From the NCBI GenBank assembly GCA_048938895.1, contig JBHLLU010000019.1, forward strand, positions 1 to 36,705: a stretch of DNA of 36,705 nt, given 5' to 3'. Made by a program: the position numbers and the translations under genes. How positions within the stretch are numbered: the stretch's first letter is position 1; each line of letters begins with the position of its first letter. Below the pieces are notes generated by a model that saw nothing but the letters and a program-made list of their open reading frames with translations, had not been told where the DNA came from and did no database searches. Of this stretch, positions 1-8,981 are shown piece by piece. The DNA comes from Promethearchaeota archaeon (lineage in GTDB: Archaea; Asgardarchaeota; Lokiarchaeia; Sigyniarchaeales; SOKP01).

Positions 1-299
1 ATAGGGAGTGAGTTTGGGATAAAGAAAAATATAGCAAGGTTCACTCCTCCAACAATCAAGATGATCATACCACATATTCTTGAAATAAATCCCCTGATGT
101 ATTTCGAGCGGAATTCATTTAATAATGGGTTATTTAAGGTATAATTTGCCCTTTTAAGGCATCCCATTGCAACGAAAACTAAAATCGTAGCTACTAAACC
201 AGCTATCCCTGCGGTAATGCTTACAATTGTTAAGATTGCCGCGACTTGAATATATTTCCCAAAGTCATGGAATTCCTTTCTAACACCTATATTTGACAT
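1..299 (-). CDS. Hypothetical membrane protein, truncated by the window edge (not in the ORF track)
   Basis: ATG at 299 on the minus strand, open to position 1: MSNIGVRKEFHDFGKYIQVAAILTIVSITAGIAGLVATILVFVAMGCLKRANY...ICGMIILIVGGVNLAIFFFIPNSLP. At least two hydrophobic segments. Confidence 0.75.
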   Translation of the reverse strand, partial: MSNIGVRKEFHDFGKYIQVAAILTIVSITAGIAGLVATILVFVAMGCLKRANYTLNNPLLNEFRSKYIRGFISRICGMIILIVGGVNLAIFFFIPNSLP

Positions 300-415
300 T
301 TTTTTTCTAATTTTAATATTTAGGTATTTAATATATTCATACCGAAGACAACTGATTAAAGAGTGGGAGTCCATTAATTGAGATTTTTTAGGTGTTAGTA
401 TTAACCATATAAAAT

Positions 416-1927
416 TTATAATTGCCCTAGTGATTGGTAGACAGCAAGGGCAAGATTATTGGCACGTGTATCAGAAATCATGATATTTTTTTTAGTTTCT
501 TCAGGAGTTTGATATCTCATTCGATTCATAATGTAAGCAAATGATATCTTGTTTTTTTGGTCCATAATTACTCTACTCCCTCCGGTTCCTCCCCAATTAC
601 ACACTTGGTCATTTGGAAATTGTCTCCTCTCACTTTTTAACCCTAAGCCCATCCCATATCGTTCTAATCCGCCATTTACTATATCAATACCTTTAAATTG
701 CTCTTCCATGAGCACATTTGCACAAGTATGCTTTGATAAAAACCTAATTCCATCCACTTTGCCTTGACATGCTATTATAGCACCTATTTTCGCTGTAGAA
801 CGAGCATTTCCATGTCCATTTACAGCAGGTATCTCGGCTGATTTCCAGGCCCAATCAGATGTTCTTTTTCGTAGAGACATTGCATTCAGGTACATTTTCA
901 TACCGATACTTCCTTTTTTCATAGCATCGGATATAGTATATTTAAAAATTAGCTTTATTTTATCAAGATCCTCCGACTTACACTCAATTTGTAAATTCTC
1001 GGATTGGAATTCAGTAGTTTCTTTTATATGAGGGAATAACAAGAAGATCATATTGGGATGATTTTTTGGTGTCTTAAATACGCCATCTGGATGTTCAGCT
1101 TTTCCTACTTCAAAAAACAGCTTATTTTCAGCGATTTTTAAATAGCATACATCTTCTCCCCCAGCGTTAATCTGGAATTCCTTTTCCCAATCTTCGATTT
1201 CTTCTGTAACCAATGGAGATTTATTAGCTAGATCAGCAATCATTTGAAACATTCTAAGGGAGAATCCTTTTGGTTGCTGTGGGTCTGTGATTAAATCAGC
1301 TACTCGTTTATCATCCTTTTTTGACAACCCGATATGGAAATCAGCATTCAAGGGTTCTGTAATTTCTTCTCGAAAGAAAGTTCCAAGTGACTTGCCGGTA
1401 ATCCTCCTAACTAATTCACCGATTAGATAACCATGAGTCAATGCATGGTATCCTGCTTTTGTTCCTGGTTCCCACCAGGGTTTTTGTTCTGCCAGTAATT
1501 TGGTTATTTTTTCCCAATCATAATAATCTTCTGCTGAAATTACCTCCTCAATACCAGCAAGACCGGACATATGAGCAAAAATATATTTTACCGGCATGTG
1601 TTCCTTTCCATTTTGGGCAAATTCAGGCCAATATTTAGACACAGGAGCTTCAAAATCAAGTAAACCCCTATCTGATAATAGTAATCCACAAATGACGGTC
1701 ATTACTTTTGTTGTGGAGTAGGTACAAACTATAGTATCTTTTTCCCAGGGAATTGTGTGGGCTTCATTTGTATAGCCACCCCATAAATCTACAACAAATT
1801 TCCCGTTCATTGTAATCGCAAATGATGCACCATCCTCCCAGCCTTTTTTAAAATGGGATACAAACGTGTCTTTTACTTCTTCAAATTGAGGATCACAAAA
1901 TCCTCCTATATTAATTTCTTCACTCAT
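416..1927 (-). CDS. Serine hydrolase, beta-lactamase/EstB-like esterase family, with an internal SCP2-like insertion
   Basis: SxxK (S71-TTK), YWPEFAQNGK, HMSGL, PWWEPG..GYHA (Y160), AEIPAVNG, C-terminal WGGTGGS. About 115 aa longer than typical family members. Confidence 0.88.
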   Translation of the reverse strand: MSEEINIGGFCDPQFEEVKDTFVSHFKKGWEDGASFAITMNGKFVVDLWGGYTNEAHTIPWEKDTIVCTYSTTKVMTVICGLLLSDRGLLDFEAPVSKYWPEFAQNGKEHMPVKYIFAHMSGLAGIEEVISAEDYYDWEKITKLLAEQKPWWEPGTKAGYHALTHGYLIGELVRRITGKSLGTFFREEITEPLNADFHIGLSKKDDKRVADLITDPQQPKGFSLRMFQMIADLANKSPLVTEEIEDWEKEFQINAGGEDVCYLKIAENKLFFEVGKAEHPDGVFKTPKNHPNMIFLLFPHIKETTEFQSENLQIECKSEDLDKIKLIFKYTISDAMKKGSIGMKMYLNAMSLRKRTSDWAWKSAEIPAVNGHGNARSTAKIGAIIACQGKVDGIRFLSKHTCANVLMEEQFKGIDIVNGGLERYGMGLGLKSERRQFPNDQVCNWGGTGGSRVIMDQKNKISFAYIMNRMRYQTPEETKKNIMISDTRANNLALAVYQSLGQL

Positions 1928-1947
1928 TAAAACTCAACTTCAGACTT

Positions 1948-3120
1948 CTAAAAATCATTAATTTTTACAAGAAATTCCTTCGAAGGAACTTCCCCAAAAG
2001 CGAACATATTCACTACTTGTTCTCTAAATTCTGAATCTATTTCAGCTAGGGAAAGCATATTATTAAGATTTTTCCCTTTATTTTCGTAGAAGTAACTAAT
2101 CATTGAACGTTTAACTTTGAAATTTCTAATTATATTTTTGATTTCACGGTTAGTTCTATACTTTTTTAATATGGTTTTCGAATAATTTTCTTCTTGCAAT
2201 GCGTCTATGGCTGTTTCCGCAGCAATCTTACCTGAGAGTACTGCCGTTTGAATTCCTTCACCGCTAATAGGAGACACAAATCCGGCTGTATCACCTATAA
2301 GCATTAAATTATCAGTATACAGGCTTTTTTCCAATACTCCTTCCGCAGGAAAAGAATACGCGCTTTCCCAGATAATTTTATAATCCGGATTTGGAAGGTA
2401 GTCTTTAATATGGGGATTAGTTATAAACTCATGGAAAATTTTATGCAAATTATACTTTCTATTGTCAATCCCAAATGTAAATACTCCAATATTAAACTTA
2501 TTTCTGCTTAATGGAAAGATCCATCCATAGCCCTGATAAGGCATAAAATATACATAGACAGACTCCTCATCTAAATTGTTATTTCCTTCCATTATAGCAC
2601 ATTTTCCAATAGCGAGTTCATTAATTTTCCATTTCAATCTTAATCCAGACTTAAAAGCCAATTTAGAACTCATACCATCAGCGAGAATAATTATATTTCC
2701 TCGATATTCCTTGACACCAGTAGGAGATTTTGTTATGATCCCTTTTTTTTTATTATTGTTAGTAATGTATTCGAAGGATACATTATTATCAAATAGATTT
2801 GCTCCCGCATCAACAGCAGCATTTCTCATCAAATTATCGAGTTCTAACCTATCCAATATTACTGAGTATTCATTACCAGCACCTTTAAATCCTAATTTAT
2901 GATAATCTGCTGAATGCAGTATCACTCCAACAATTTTTGAGTAGTTTAATTTTTTCAATTGTGGATATAAATCTATAACGCTAGAATGAACTGCTCCACC
3001 ACAGGGTTTTCTCCAATTTGTATTCCTTTCGATTAAGGCAACTTTATATCCTGCTTTAGCTAAAACTTCAGCACATTGAGAGCCTGAAGGTCCCGCACCC
3101 GAGATTACTACATCATACAT
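1948..3120 (-). CDS. Geranylgeranyl reductase family FAD-dependent oxidoreductase (archaeal lipid saturation)
   Basis: YDVVISGAGPSG Rossmann motif, KPCGG, ADG, YGWIFP, GDTAGFVSPISGEGI. Confidence 0.88.
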   Translation of the reverse strand: MYDVVISGAGPSGSQCAEVLAKAGYKVALIERNTNWRKPCGGAVHSSVIDLYPQLKKLNYSKIVGVILHSADYHKLGFKGAGNEYSVILDRLELDNLMRNAAVDAGANLFDNNVSFEYITNNNKKKGIITKSPTGVKEYRGNIIILADGMSSKLAFKSGLRLKWKINELAIGKCAIMEGNNNLDEESVYVYFMPYQGYGWIFPLSRNKFNIGVFTFGIDNRKYNLHKIFHEFITNPHIKDYLPNPDYKIIWESAYSFPAEGVLEKSLYTDNLMLIGDTAGFVSPISGEGIQTAVLSGKIAAETAIDALQEENYSKTILKKYRTNREIKNIIRNFKVKRSMISYFYENKGKNLNNMLSLAEIDSEFREQVVNMFAFGEVPSKEFLVKINDF

Positions 3121-3320
3121 GGTAAAAACCTTTAAATATGTAAACCTCCTTTATTTAAAAATTAATTCATTAGGATTTCATTTGTACTATGGTTAAAAAT
3201 TCTTTTTTGAAGGATAAATTACCAGAAGCAGATACTTTTTCTCAGAGAAATAGCAATTTCAAGAAAAAGAAATTAACCAATATAAAAATATGGAGGTAAC
3301 CATTATCTATTTGTGCTAAA

Positions 3321-4754
3321 ATGGAATTAAATCCCGATTATATTAAAGATAATCTGTCTGAAATTGGGAAAAAGGATGCGCTAAATTTATTAAAAGAGCT
3401 AATTACCAGCTCAAATGACGCCTGTGTACGAAAGAAGGCATTAGAAACTTTTGGTTTCATAGATGAGGGTAATAATTTTACATTTATTGAACAATTGTTC
3501 CTTTCTGATGAAAATTCTGATATGAAGCTAATTGCAGGGATGATTCTAAAAGATAAATATATTACACATAAAAAACTAGTTCGTCTTCTGGAATATACTT
3601 TGAAGAAAGGTGATAATATTGATCAAAGAATCTTTTCAATAAATGCATTAAACGCAATGGATAATGTGAAAGCATATAAAGTCCTAACAGAATATTTAAA
3701 GGAATTTATAAAGACAAAATATAAAGAGAAATTTAAAAATTTGCACATTGATCTTGTACAAAATAGACCTATTCCAGAAAAGTTCATTATGTTATTTATT
3801 AATGTACTTTTAGGAGATTATTATGAAAGTGAATGTGGATATCTCGTGACGTTTAAGAATGGAAAGATCGTTGCATTAAGTTGTGAGGGTTCTAATTTAG
3901 GAGAAGTTTCAGATATTTTTGGATTTCGGTATCTTACTGATTTGGGGCATCTTTCAATACAGAAAAACAGTCTAAGAATAATCTCGAATCTCCAGCATTT
4001 AACCCAATTAAAGACTTTAATTTTATCCAATAATAAATTAGAGAAAATTGAAAATCTTTCGCATTTGAACAAATTAGAAGAATTAAATTTATCAGGTAAT
4101 AAGATAGAAAAGATAGAAAACTTAGAATCGTTAGTGAATTTGAAAAAACTGACACTGAGTGATAATTCAATTAGAACTATTGAAAATTTAAATGTATTAC
4201 CAAGTTTGGAAGTTTTAGATCTAAGTCATAATAAAATTTCAGAAATAAAGAATCTGAGTAAACTAGAGAGATTAACTCGATTAAATCTTTCCTCCAACAA
4301 AATTGAAACGATTGAAGGTCTTTCGCCCCTTACAAATTTAATGTGGTTGTATTTAAATGATAATCATATAATGGAGATAAATGGTCTCTCAACTTTATAT
4401 AGATTAAAAGGTCTATATCTTTCAAATAATTTTATAAACAGGATTTCTTCATTAGAAAATTTGATAAATCTAAAGAAGTTAGAGCTTTCAAATAATAAGA
4501 TTCGTAGACTAGAGGGGTTAGAAAATCTAGTAGAACTTCAAGAGTTGTACCTTGATAACAATCATATTAAAACTATCGATGGATTAGAAGGATTAAATAA
4601 TCTAATTATGCTCCATATCGGGAGAAACGAAATAGAAGAATTTAGAAAAGAATCGATTAAACATTTGAGGAATCTCAATTTTCTATTTCTTAATGAAAAT
4701 CCGTTGAATCAGAAAAGTATGTTAGAGTATCAGAAAAGAATTAGATTTCCTTAA
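3321..4754 (+). CDS. Leucine-rich repeat protein (about 12 SDS22-type 22-aa repeats) with an N-terminal HEAT-like helical region
   Basis: Repeated LxxLxLxxNxIxxIE(N/G)L units ending in LNENPL. N-terminal VRKKALETFG and LFLSDENSDMKLIAG resemble HEAT/PBS repeats. Confidence 0.9.
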   Translation: MELNPDYIKDNLSEIGKKDALNLLKELITSSNDACVRKKALETFGFIDEGNNFTFIEQLFLSDENSDMKLIAGMILKDKYITHKKLVRLLEYTLKKGDNIDQRIFSINALNAMDNVKAYKVLTEYLKEFIKTKYKEKFKNLHIDLVQNRPIPEKFIMLFINVLLGDYYESECGYLVTFKNGKIVALSCEGSNLGEVSDIFGFRYLTDLGHLSIQKNSLRIISNLQHLTQLKTLILSNNKLEKIENLSHLNKLEELNLSGNKIEKIENLESLVNLKKLTLSDNSIRTIENLNVLPSLEVLDLSHNKISEIKNLSKLERLTRLNLSSNKIETIEGLSPLTNLMWLYLNDNHIMEINGLSTLYRLKGLYLSNNFINRISSLENLINLKKLELSNNKIRRLEGLENLVELQELYLDNNHIKTIDGLEGLNNLIMLHIGRNEIEEFRKESIKHLRNLNFLFLNENPLNQKSMLEYQKRIRFP

Positions 4755-5320
4755 GCTTTTGTTTGATTTAGATAATCATCAATCCATAATTCCATAAGCA
4801 CTTCGTCATAATATTTCGCATCCATATAAAATTGCTTTTTTCTTACTCCTATCTCTCTAAATCCCATTTTTTTATAGAGATGTAGTGCTCGTTCGTTGGT
4901 AGAAAAACAGCTTAAAATAATTTTTTCTTTATTATTTAATTTTTTGGATTCTCGAATTGCGGCGTCAATTAAATTGGTGCCAATTCCTAAGTCTCTATAT
5001 TTTTTGTTAATAATTATACCCATAATCCCTACATGTAAACCTGCATCCCATTCAGAATGGGATATTTCACATTGCCCTATGATATTATAGGGAGCTTTTG
5101 TTTTTCGGGTTTCAGCAATAATACAAATTTCTTTTTCATTTTTGATTTTATGATACCATGAATCTTTTTCTAAACGAGATCTCACAGGGAAAAAAACAGG
5201 TAAATAGATCCCTTCTTCTACTACTTCATTAAAATTATTCCAAATTCCTTCAACATCCGATTTATTCAGATGCCGAATGATTATTTTTTCTCCTGTTGCC
5301 AAGTGTAAAGTCTTGATCAT
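4751..5320 (-). CDS. GNAT family N-acetyltransferase (RimJ/RimL-like)
   Basis: YRDLGIG acetyl-CoA motif A, NERALHLYKKMGF, YYDEVLM. Confidence 0.88.
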   Translation of the reverse strand: MIKTLHLATGEKIIIRHLNKSDVEGIWNNFNEVVEEGIYLPVFFPVRSRLEKDSWYHKIKNEKEICIIAETRKTKAPYNIIGQCEISHSEWDAGLHVGIMGIIINKKYRDLGIGTNLIDAAIRESKKLNNKEKIILSCFSTNERALHLYKKMGFREIGVRKKQFYMDAKYYDEVLMELWIDDYLNQTKA

Positions 5321-5364
5321 TACTTAAATATAAATTTTTATAATTATATTCCTTTGGTAATATT

Positions 5365-5772
5365 ATGGATGATAAAGAAGATAAAGCTACAACTGATCGA
5401 AAGAAAAAGCCAGTTGCTAAGGATCTAGTTAAATTAAAACATGTAGAAACTAAAACACAAGAAATCAGTCAAGAGACAAGGGATTTGGCACAGACACTTA
5501 AAGAAAGGTATATAGAATATGATCAATTTGAAAGGCTTACGAATGATGAAATCACCATTTTAGAAACATTCATGGATAGACGATTATTCTTAGAAAGAAT
5601 AGCTATTATTGCAAATCAGTCGAGAATCCCTCTGGGAATTCCTGGATTAAAAAAAGCCGATTTAGAAGAGCTTATTGAAGGGCTTATTACCAAAGGCTAT
5701 ATTGAATTTGACATGGTCGGCGATAAGAAGGTATTCTTTCTCACAGAAAGAGGGAAATATCGTGTGCAATAA
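5365..5772 (+). CDS. Hypothetical protein with a C-terminal winged helix-turn-helix
   Basis: LEELIEGLITKGYIE...VFFLTERG is a typical wHTH helix-3 plus wing pattern. Charged N-terminus. Confidence 0.6.
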   Translation: MDDKEDKATTDRKKKPVAKDLVKLKHVETKTQEISQETRDLAQTLKERYIEYDQFERLTNDEITILETFMDRRLFLERIAIIANQSRIPLGIPGLKKADLEELIEGLITKGYIEFDMVGDKKVFFLTERGKYRVQ

Positions 5773-5803
5773 TAAAGAAAGAGTTATAATTTTACATGGA
5801 AGA

Positions 5804-6106
5804 TTAATCTTTTTTTAATATTAATTTATTAATGGGAATATCTTGATATTCACCATTTGGATTTTCTCTTCGAATGGTTAAAGGTAAGATACCAGATTTT
5901 AATTCAAGCATCGCAATCTTAATGGGGTCAATCATATCTTTGGGCTTCTCGATTAAGATAGGTGCCCCGTAACTTAATTGCAAAGCTCTGGCTCCCGTTA
6001 TACGCGCTTTCTCATATCTGGTTAAAAAGATTGGTCCAATTTTCACATATTCTCTTACTTCTTTGTAAAGTTTGCGTAATTCTCGAGACTCTAAGAAACT
6101 AGACAT
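5804..6106 (-). CDS. rpoK: DNA-directed RNA polymerase subunit K (Rpo6/RPB6)
   Basis: LTRYEKARITGARALQLSYGAP and LPLTIRR signatures. Start revised to the ATG at 6106, because the longer 6217 ORF extends into the tRNA-proximal spacer without recognisable homology. Confidence 0.95.
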   Translation of the reverse strand: MSSFLESRELRKLYKEVREYVKIGPIFLTRYEKARITGARALQLSYGAPILIEKPKDMIDPIKIAMLELKSGILPLTIRRENPNGEYQDIPINKLILKKD

Positions 6107-6248
6107 GGTTAAAGTAACCAAAAAATCAGTAATTAGATTTGTAAAATGCAAGATATCATATAACTTTTTCGATAATCTAGGTATATATAATAAGCGCATA
6201 AGGAGAGAGTCATCCATATTGAATTAATTTTTCGGGGTATGTAAGAAA

Positions 6249-6353
6249 TGCGCGAGGAGGGGTTCGAACCCCCGACCGACGTGACTTACATTTTAAATCA
6301 ATGTAAATTTACACGGTGTGAGCGTGTCGTTATAACCACTAAACCACTCGCGC
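6249..6353 (-). tRNA. tRNA-Val (anticodon CAC) with a 32-nt intron (6278-6309) at position 44/45
   Basis: Minus strand: acceptor GCGCGAG/CTCGCGC plus discriminator A; D arm GTTTAGTGGTTATAAC; anticodon arm ACACG-CTCACAC-CGTGT; T arm GGGGG-TTCGAAC-CCCTC. Removing the intron gives variable loop AGGTC and a 73-nt tRNA with no encoded CCA. Confidence 0.95.
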
Positions 6354-6385
6354 ATGGTTGTATTTAAGAAGAATGGGTTATATGA

Positions 6386-6399
6386 AATAAATCTTTTCT
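6386..6399 (-). promoter_or_regulatory. Putative BRE-TATA promoter of tRNA-Val (and possibly rpoK)
   Basis: AGAAAAGA-TTTATT on the minus strand, about 33 nt upstream of the tRNA 5' end. Confidence 0.55.
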
Positions 6400-6543
6400 T
6401 GCTTAATAAGTATAAATTGTTTATTAAAATATTAGTAATTCGATTTAAGAATATGAGTACTTTTTATTGATCTTGGTAAGACTCATGGTTTATATAGTTC
6501 GTTTTACTTCTTTACTTCAATATAACAAAAAGACTAGATTCTG

Positions 6544-8856
6544 GTGATACATTTCTCAACCAATGACGATTTCATTTCTCATCCCCTTATCAAGAAAGGT
6601 TTCGTGTCAAGACGAGAATATCAAGAGGCTATTTTCATAAATTGTTTAAATCAGAATTGTTTAGTTGTAATTCCAACGGGTTTAGGAAAAACAATTATCG
6701 CTCTAATGCTTGCTGTATATAAATTAGAAGAAATGCCACAATCAAAAGTTATTTTTTTGGCGCCTACCAAACCGTTAGTCGAACAGCACCATAAATCATT
6801 CTTAGATCTTACCGTAATCCCCCCAGATTCATTACAATCGCTTACAGGAACAATTGCACCTCAGAAAAGGAAGGATATTTGGGTTAAATTAAAAGTAGCT
6901 TTTATGACACCTCAAGTCTTACAAAATGATATCATATCCAGATTATATTCCCTTGATGATGTCTCTTTAATTATTTTTGATGAATGTCATCGTGCGGTTG
7001 GTGAATATGCATATGTTTTTATCGCAAAAAAGTATTTAGAAAAATCTAGAGGGCATCAAATTTTAGCTCTTACCGCAAGTCCCGGATCAACTCAAGAAAA
7101 GATAACAGAAATTAAAGAAAACCTTTTTATTGATCATATAGAGATTAGAACTGATAAAGACCGTGATGTAAAGGATTATATTCAGAAAGTTGACAATGAA
7201 TGGATTAAAATTTCTCTTCCAGAGGAATTCCTAGAAATAAAAAAAATATTGGAAGAAAAACTCAAAGATATCTATAAATGGTTAAAAGAAAAGGAGATGC
7301 TCAATTCATTTGATGTAAACAAAATCACACGAAAGGACTTGCTGCAATTAAATACCAAAATTAATAAAAGAATTACAAATTCAAGAGATGATAAAGAGAA
7401 ATACGATCTGTTTTATGCGAAAAAGTTACAAGCGAATGCGATAAGACTTTCTCATATGTCAGAACTTCTTGAAACCCAGGGAATAAATGCCTTAAAGGAT
7501 TATCTCGATAAAAATGATGAAAAAATTAAAAGTAATACGGCAAACAAATCTCTTAAAGAATTATTTGCTGACAAGTATCTTAAAAGAGTAAAAGAGTTAA
7601 CATATCAAATTCAATCTCGAGGTGTTGTTCATCCTAAACTTGAGAAACTAAAAGAAATATTGACTACTCAATTACAGGAAAAATCAGAGTCTCGAATTTT
7701 GGTTTTTGCACACTTTCGTGACTCAGTTAATAACATAGTAAGATACTTTAAAGAAGATGATATTATTAGAACCCATAAGTTCGTAGGACAAGCACATAAA
7801 GGTTCTGATAAAGGATTAACTCAAAAAGAACAGATTAAACTTCTTGAGCAGTTCAAAGAAGGCACATATAACACGTTAATCGGGACTAGTGTTGCCGAAG
7901 AAGGGTTAGATATTGCTGAATGTGACTTAGTTGTATTTTATGATGTTGTTCCAAGTGCTATTCGTTCTATTCAGAGACGAGGTAGAACAGGACGTAAAAA
8001 AGAAGGGAATGTTCTTATTTTGATGGCACAAGGGACACGAGATGAAGGATATTATTGGGCTGAAAAAATCAGAGAGAGAAATATGAAAGAGAGTTTACAT
8101 AGAATAAAGTCTTCTCAAGAAGGATCGAAGAAAGGACAGGCAAATCTTCTAAATTTTATTGAAAAGCCCAAGAATGATACTACTTCAAATCAAAAAGTCA
8201 ATAGCGCAGAAAATGTCAAAATAGCATGCGACAATAGAGAAACGGCCTCTGCTGTTGTCAGAAATTTATCATTAATGGGAGTCAATCTGAAATTAGAGCA
8301 ATTATCTGTGGGTGATTACGTAATTTCAGAACGAGTTGGTATTGAGAGAAAAAGTTCACAGGATTTTACAGATTCAATAAAAGATGGAAGATTATTTAAC
8401 GAATTAAAAAATTTAACAGATAGTTATGAGAAACCTATTTTAATTCTAGAGGAAGATCCATTTGAAAATTCAAGTCTTAATGAAAATGCGATTTATGGGG
8501 CAATTTCTTCTATTATTCTTAACCTAGGGGTTACAATTTATAAAACAAAGGATGCAAAAGAAACTGCTATGTTTTTATATCAACTCGCTAAGAAAGAACA
8601 ATCAGATAGCAGTAGTTCTTTAAAATTAAGGTTTGACAAGGCCCCTATTGAAACTTCTCGTCTGTTAGAATATGTTATAGCAGGAATCCCTGGAGTTAAT
8701 GCCCTTCGAGCAAAGAATTTATTAAAAGAATTTGAGACCTTACAAAATATTTTTTTGGCAGATATACCAGATTTAACAAAAATTGAGAGTATTGGGAAAA
8801 AAATAGCCCAACAAATTTATAAAATTAGTAGATACAAATACAAAAAGGATCATTAG
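6544..8856 (+). CDS. hef: Hef helicase-nuclease (SF2 DEAH helicase + ERCC4/XPF nuclease + HhH; FANCM homologue)
   Basis: PTGLGKT, PTKPLVEQH, DECH, TASPG, EEGLDI, QRRGRTGR, then DNRE...GDY...ERKS nuclease motif and IPGV/IESIG HhH repeats. Confidence 0.95.
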   Translation: MIHFSTNDDFISHPLIKKGFVSRREYQEAIFINCLNQNCLVVIPTGLGKTIIALMLAVYKLEEMPQSKVIFLAPTKPLVEQHHKSFLDLTVIPPDSLQSLTGTIAPQKRKDIWVKLKVAFMTPQVLQNDIISRLYSLDDVSLIIFDECHRAVGEYAYVFIAKKYLEKSRGHQILALTASPGSTQEKITEIKENLFIDHIEIRTDKDRDVKDYIQKVDNEWIKISLPEEFLEIKKILEEKLKDIYKWLKEKEMLNSFDVNKITRKDLLQLNTKINKRITNSRDDKEKYDLFYAKKLQANAIRLSHMSELLETQGINALKDYLDKNDEKIKSNTANKSLKELFADKYLKRVKELTYQIQSRGVVHPKLEKLKEILTTQLQEKSESRILVFAHFRDSVNNIVRYFKEDDIIRTHKFVGQAHKGSDKGLTQKEQIKLLEQFKEGTYNTLIGTSVAEEGLDIAECDLVVFYDVVPSAIRSIQRRGRTGRKKEGNVLILMAQGTRDEGYYWAEKIRERNMKESLHRIKSSQEGSKKGQANLLNFIEKPKNDTTSNQKVNSAENVKIACDNRETASAVVRNLSLMGVNLKLEQLSVGDYVISERVGIERKSSQDFTDSIKDGRLFNELKNLTDSYEKPILILEEDPFENSSLNENAIYGAISSIILNLGVTIYKTKDAKETAMFLYQLAKKEQSDSSSSLKLRFDKAPIETSRLLEYVIAGIPGVNALRAKNLLKEFETLQNIFLADIPDLTKIESIGKKIAQQIYKISRYKYKKDH

Positions 8857-8981
8857 ATTAATATTACTGCATAATCTCTAATTGATTAAGCTATAAAAAA
8901 GATTTTTAACGTTTTTAATAATTATTAATTATATTATTGAATTAAATTTATGAAACAAATATTATTTGAGCGTCAACCTAT

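Noticed and set aside
3930-4710. 66-bp periodicity as a CRISPR array or DNA repeat
   Set aside because: It is explained by protein-level LRR repeats, with degenerate DNA and no repeat-spacer structure.
6107-6217. 37-aa N-terminal extension of RpoK
   Set aside because: No recognisable similarity to Rpo6, and it occupies the AT-rich spacer after the tRNA. ATG 6106 is more plausible.
6278-6316. Canonical 37/38 intron, or a long variable arm, as explanation for the tRNA insert
   Set aside because: The anticodon arm is already complete, tRNA-Val is class I, and BHB cleavage restores a standard 5-nt variable loop exactly.
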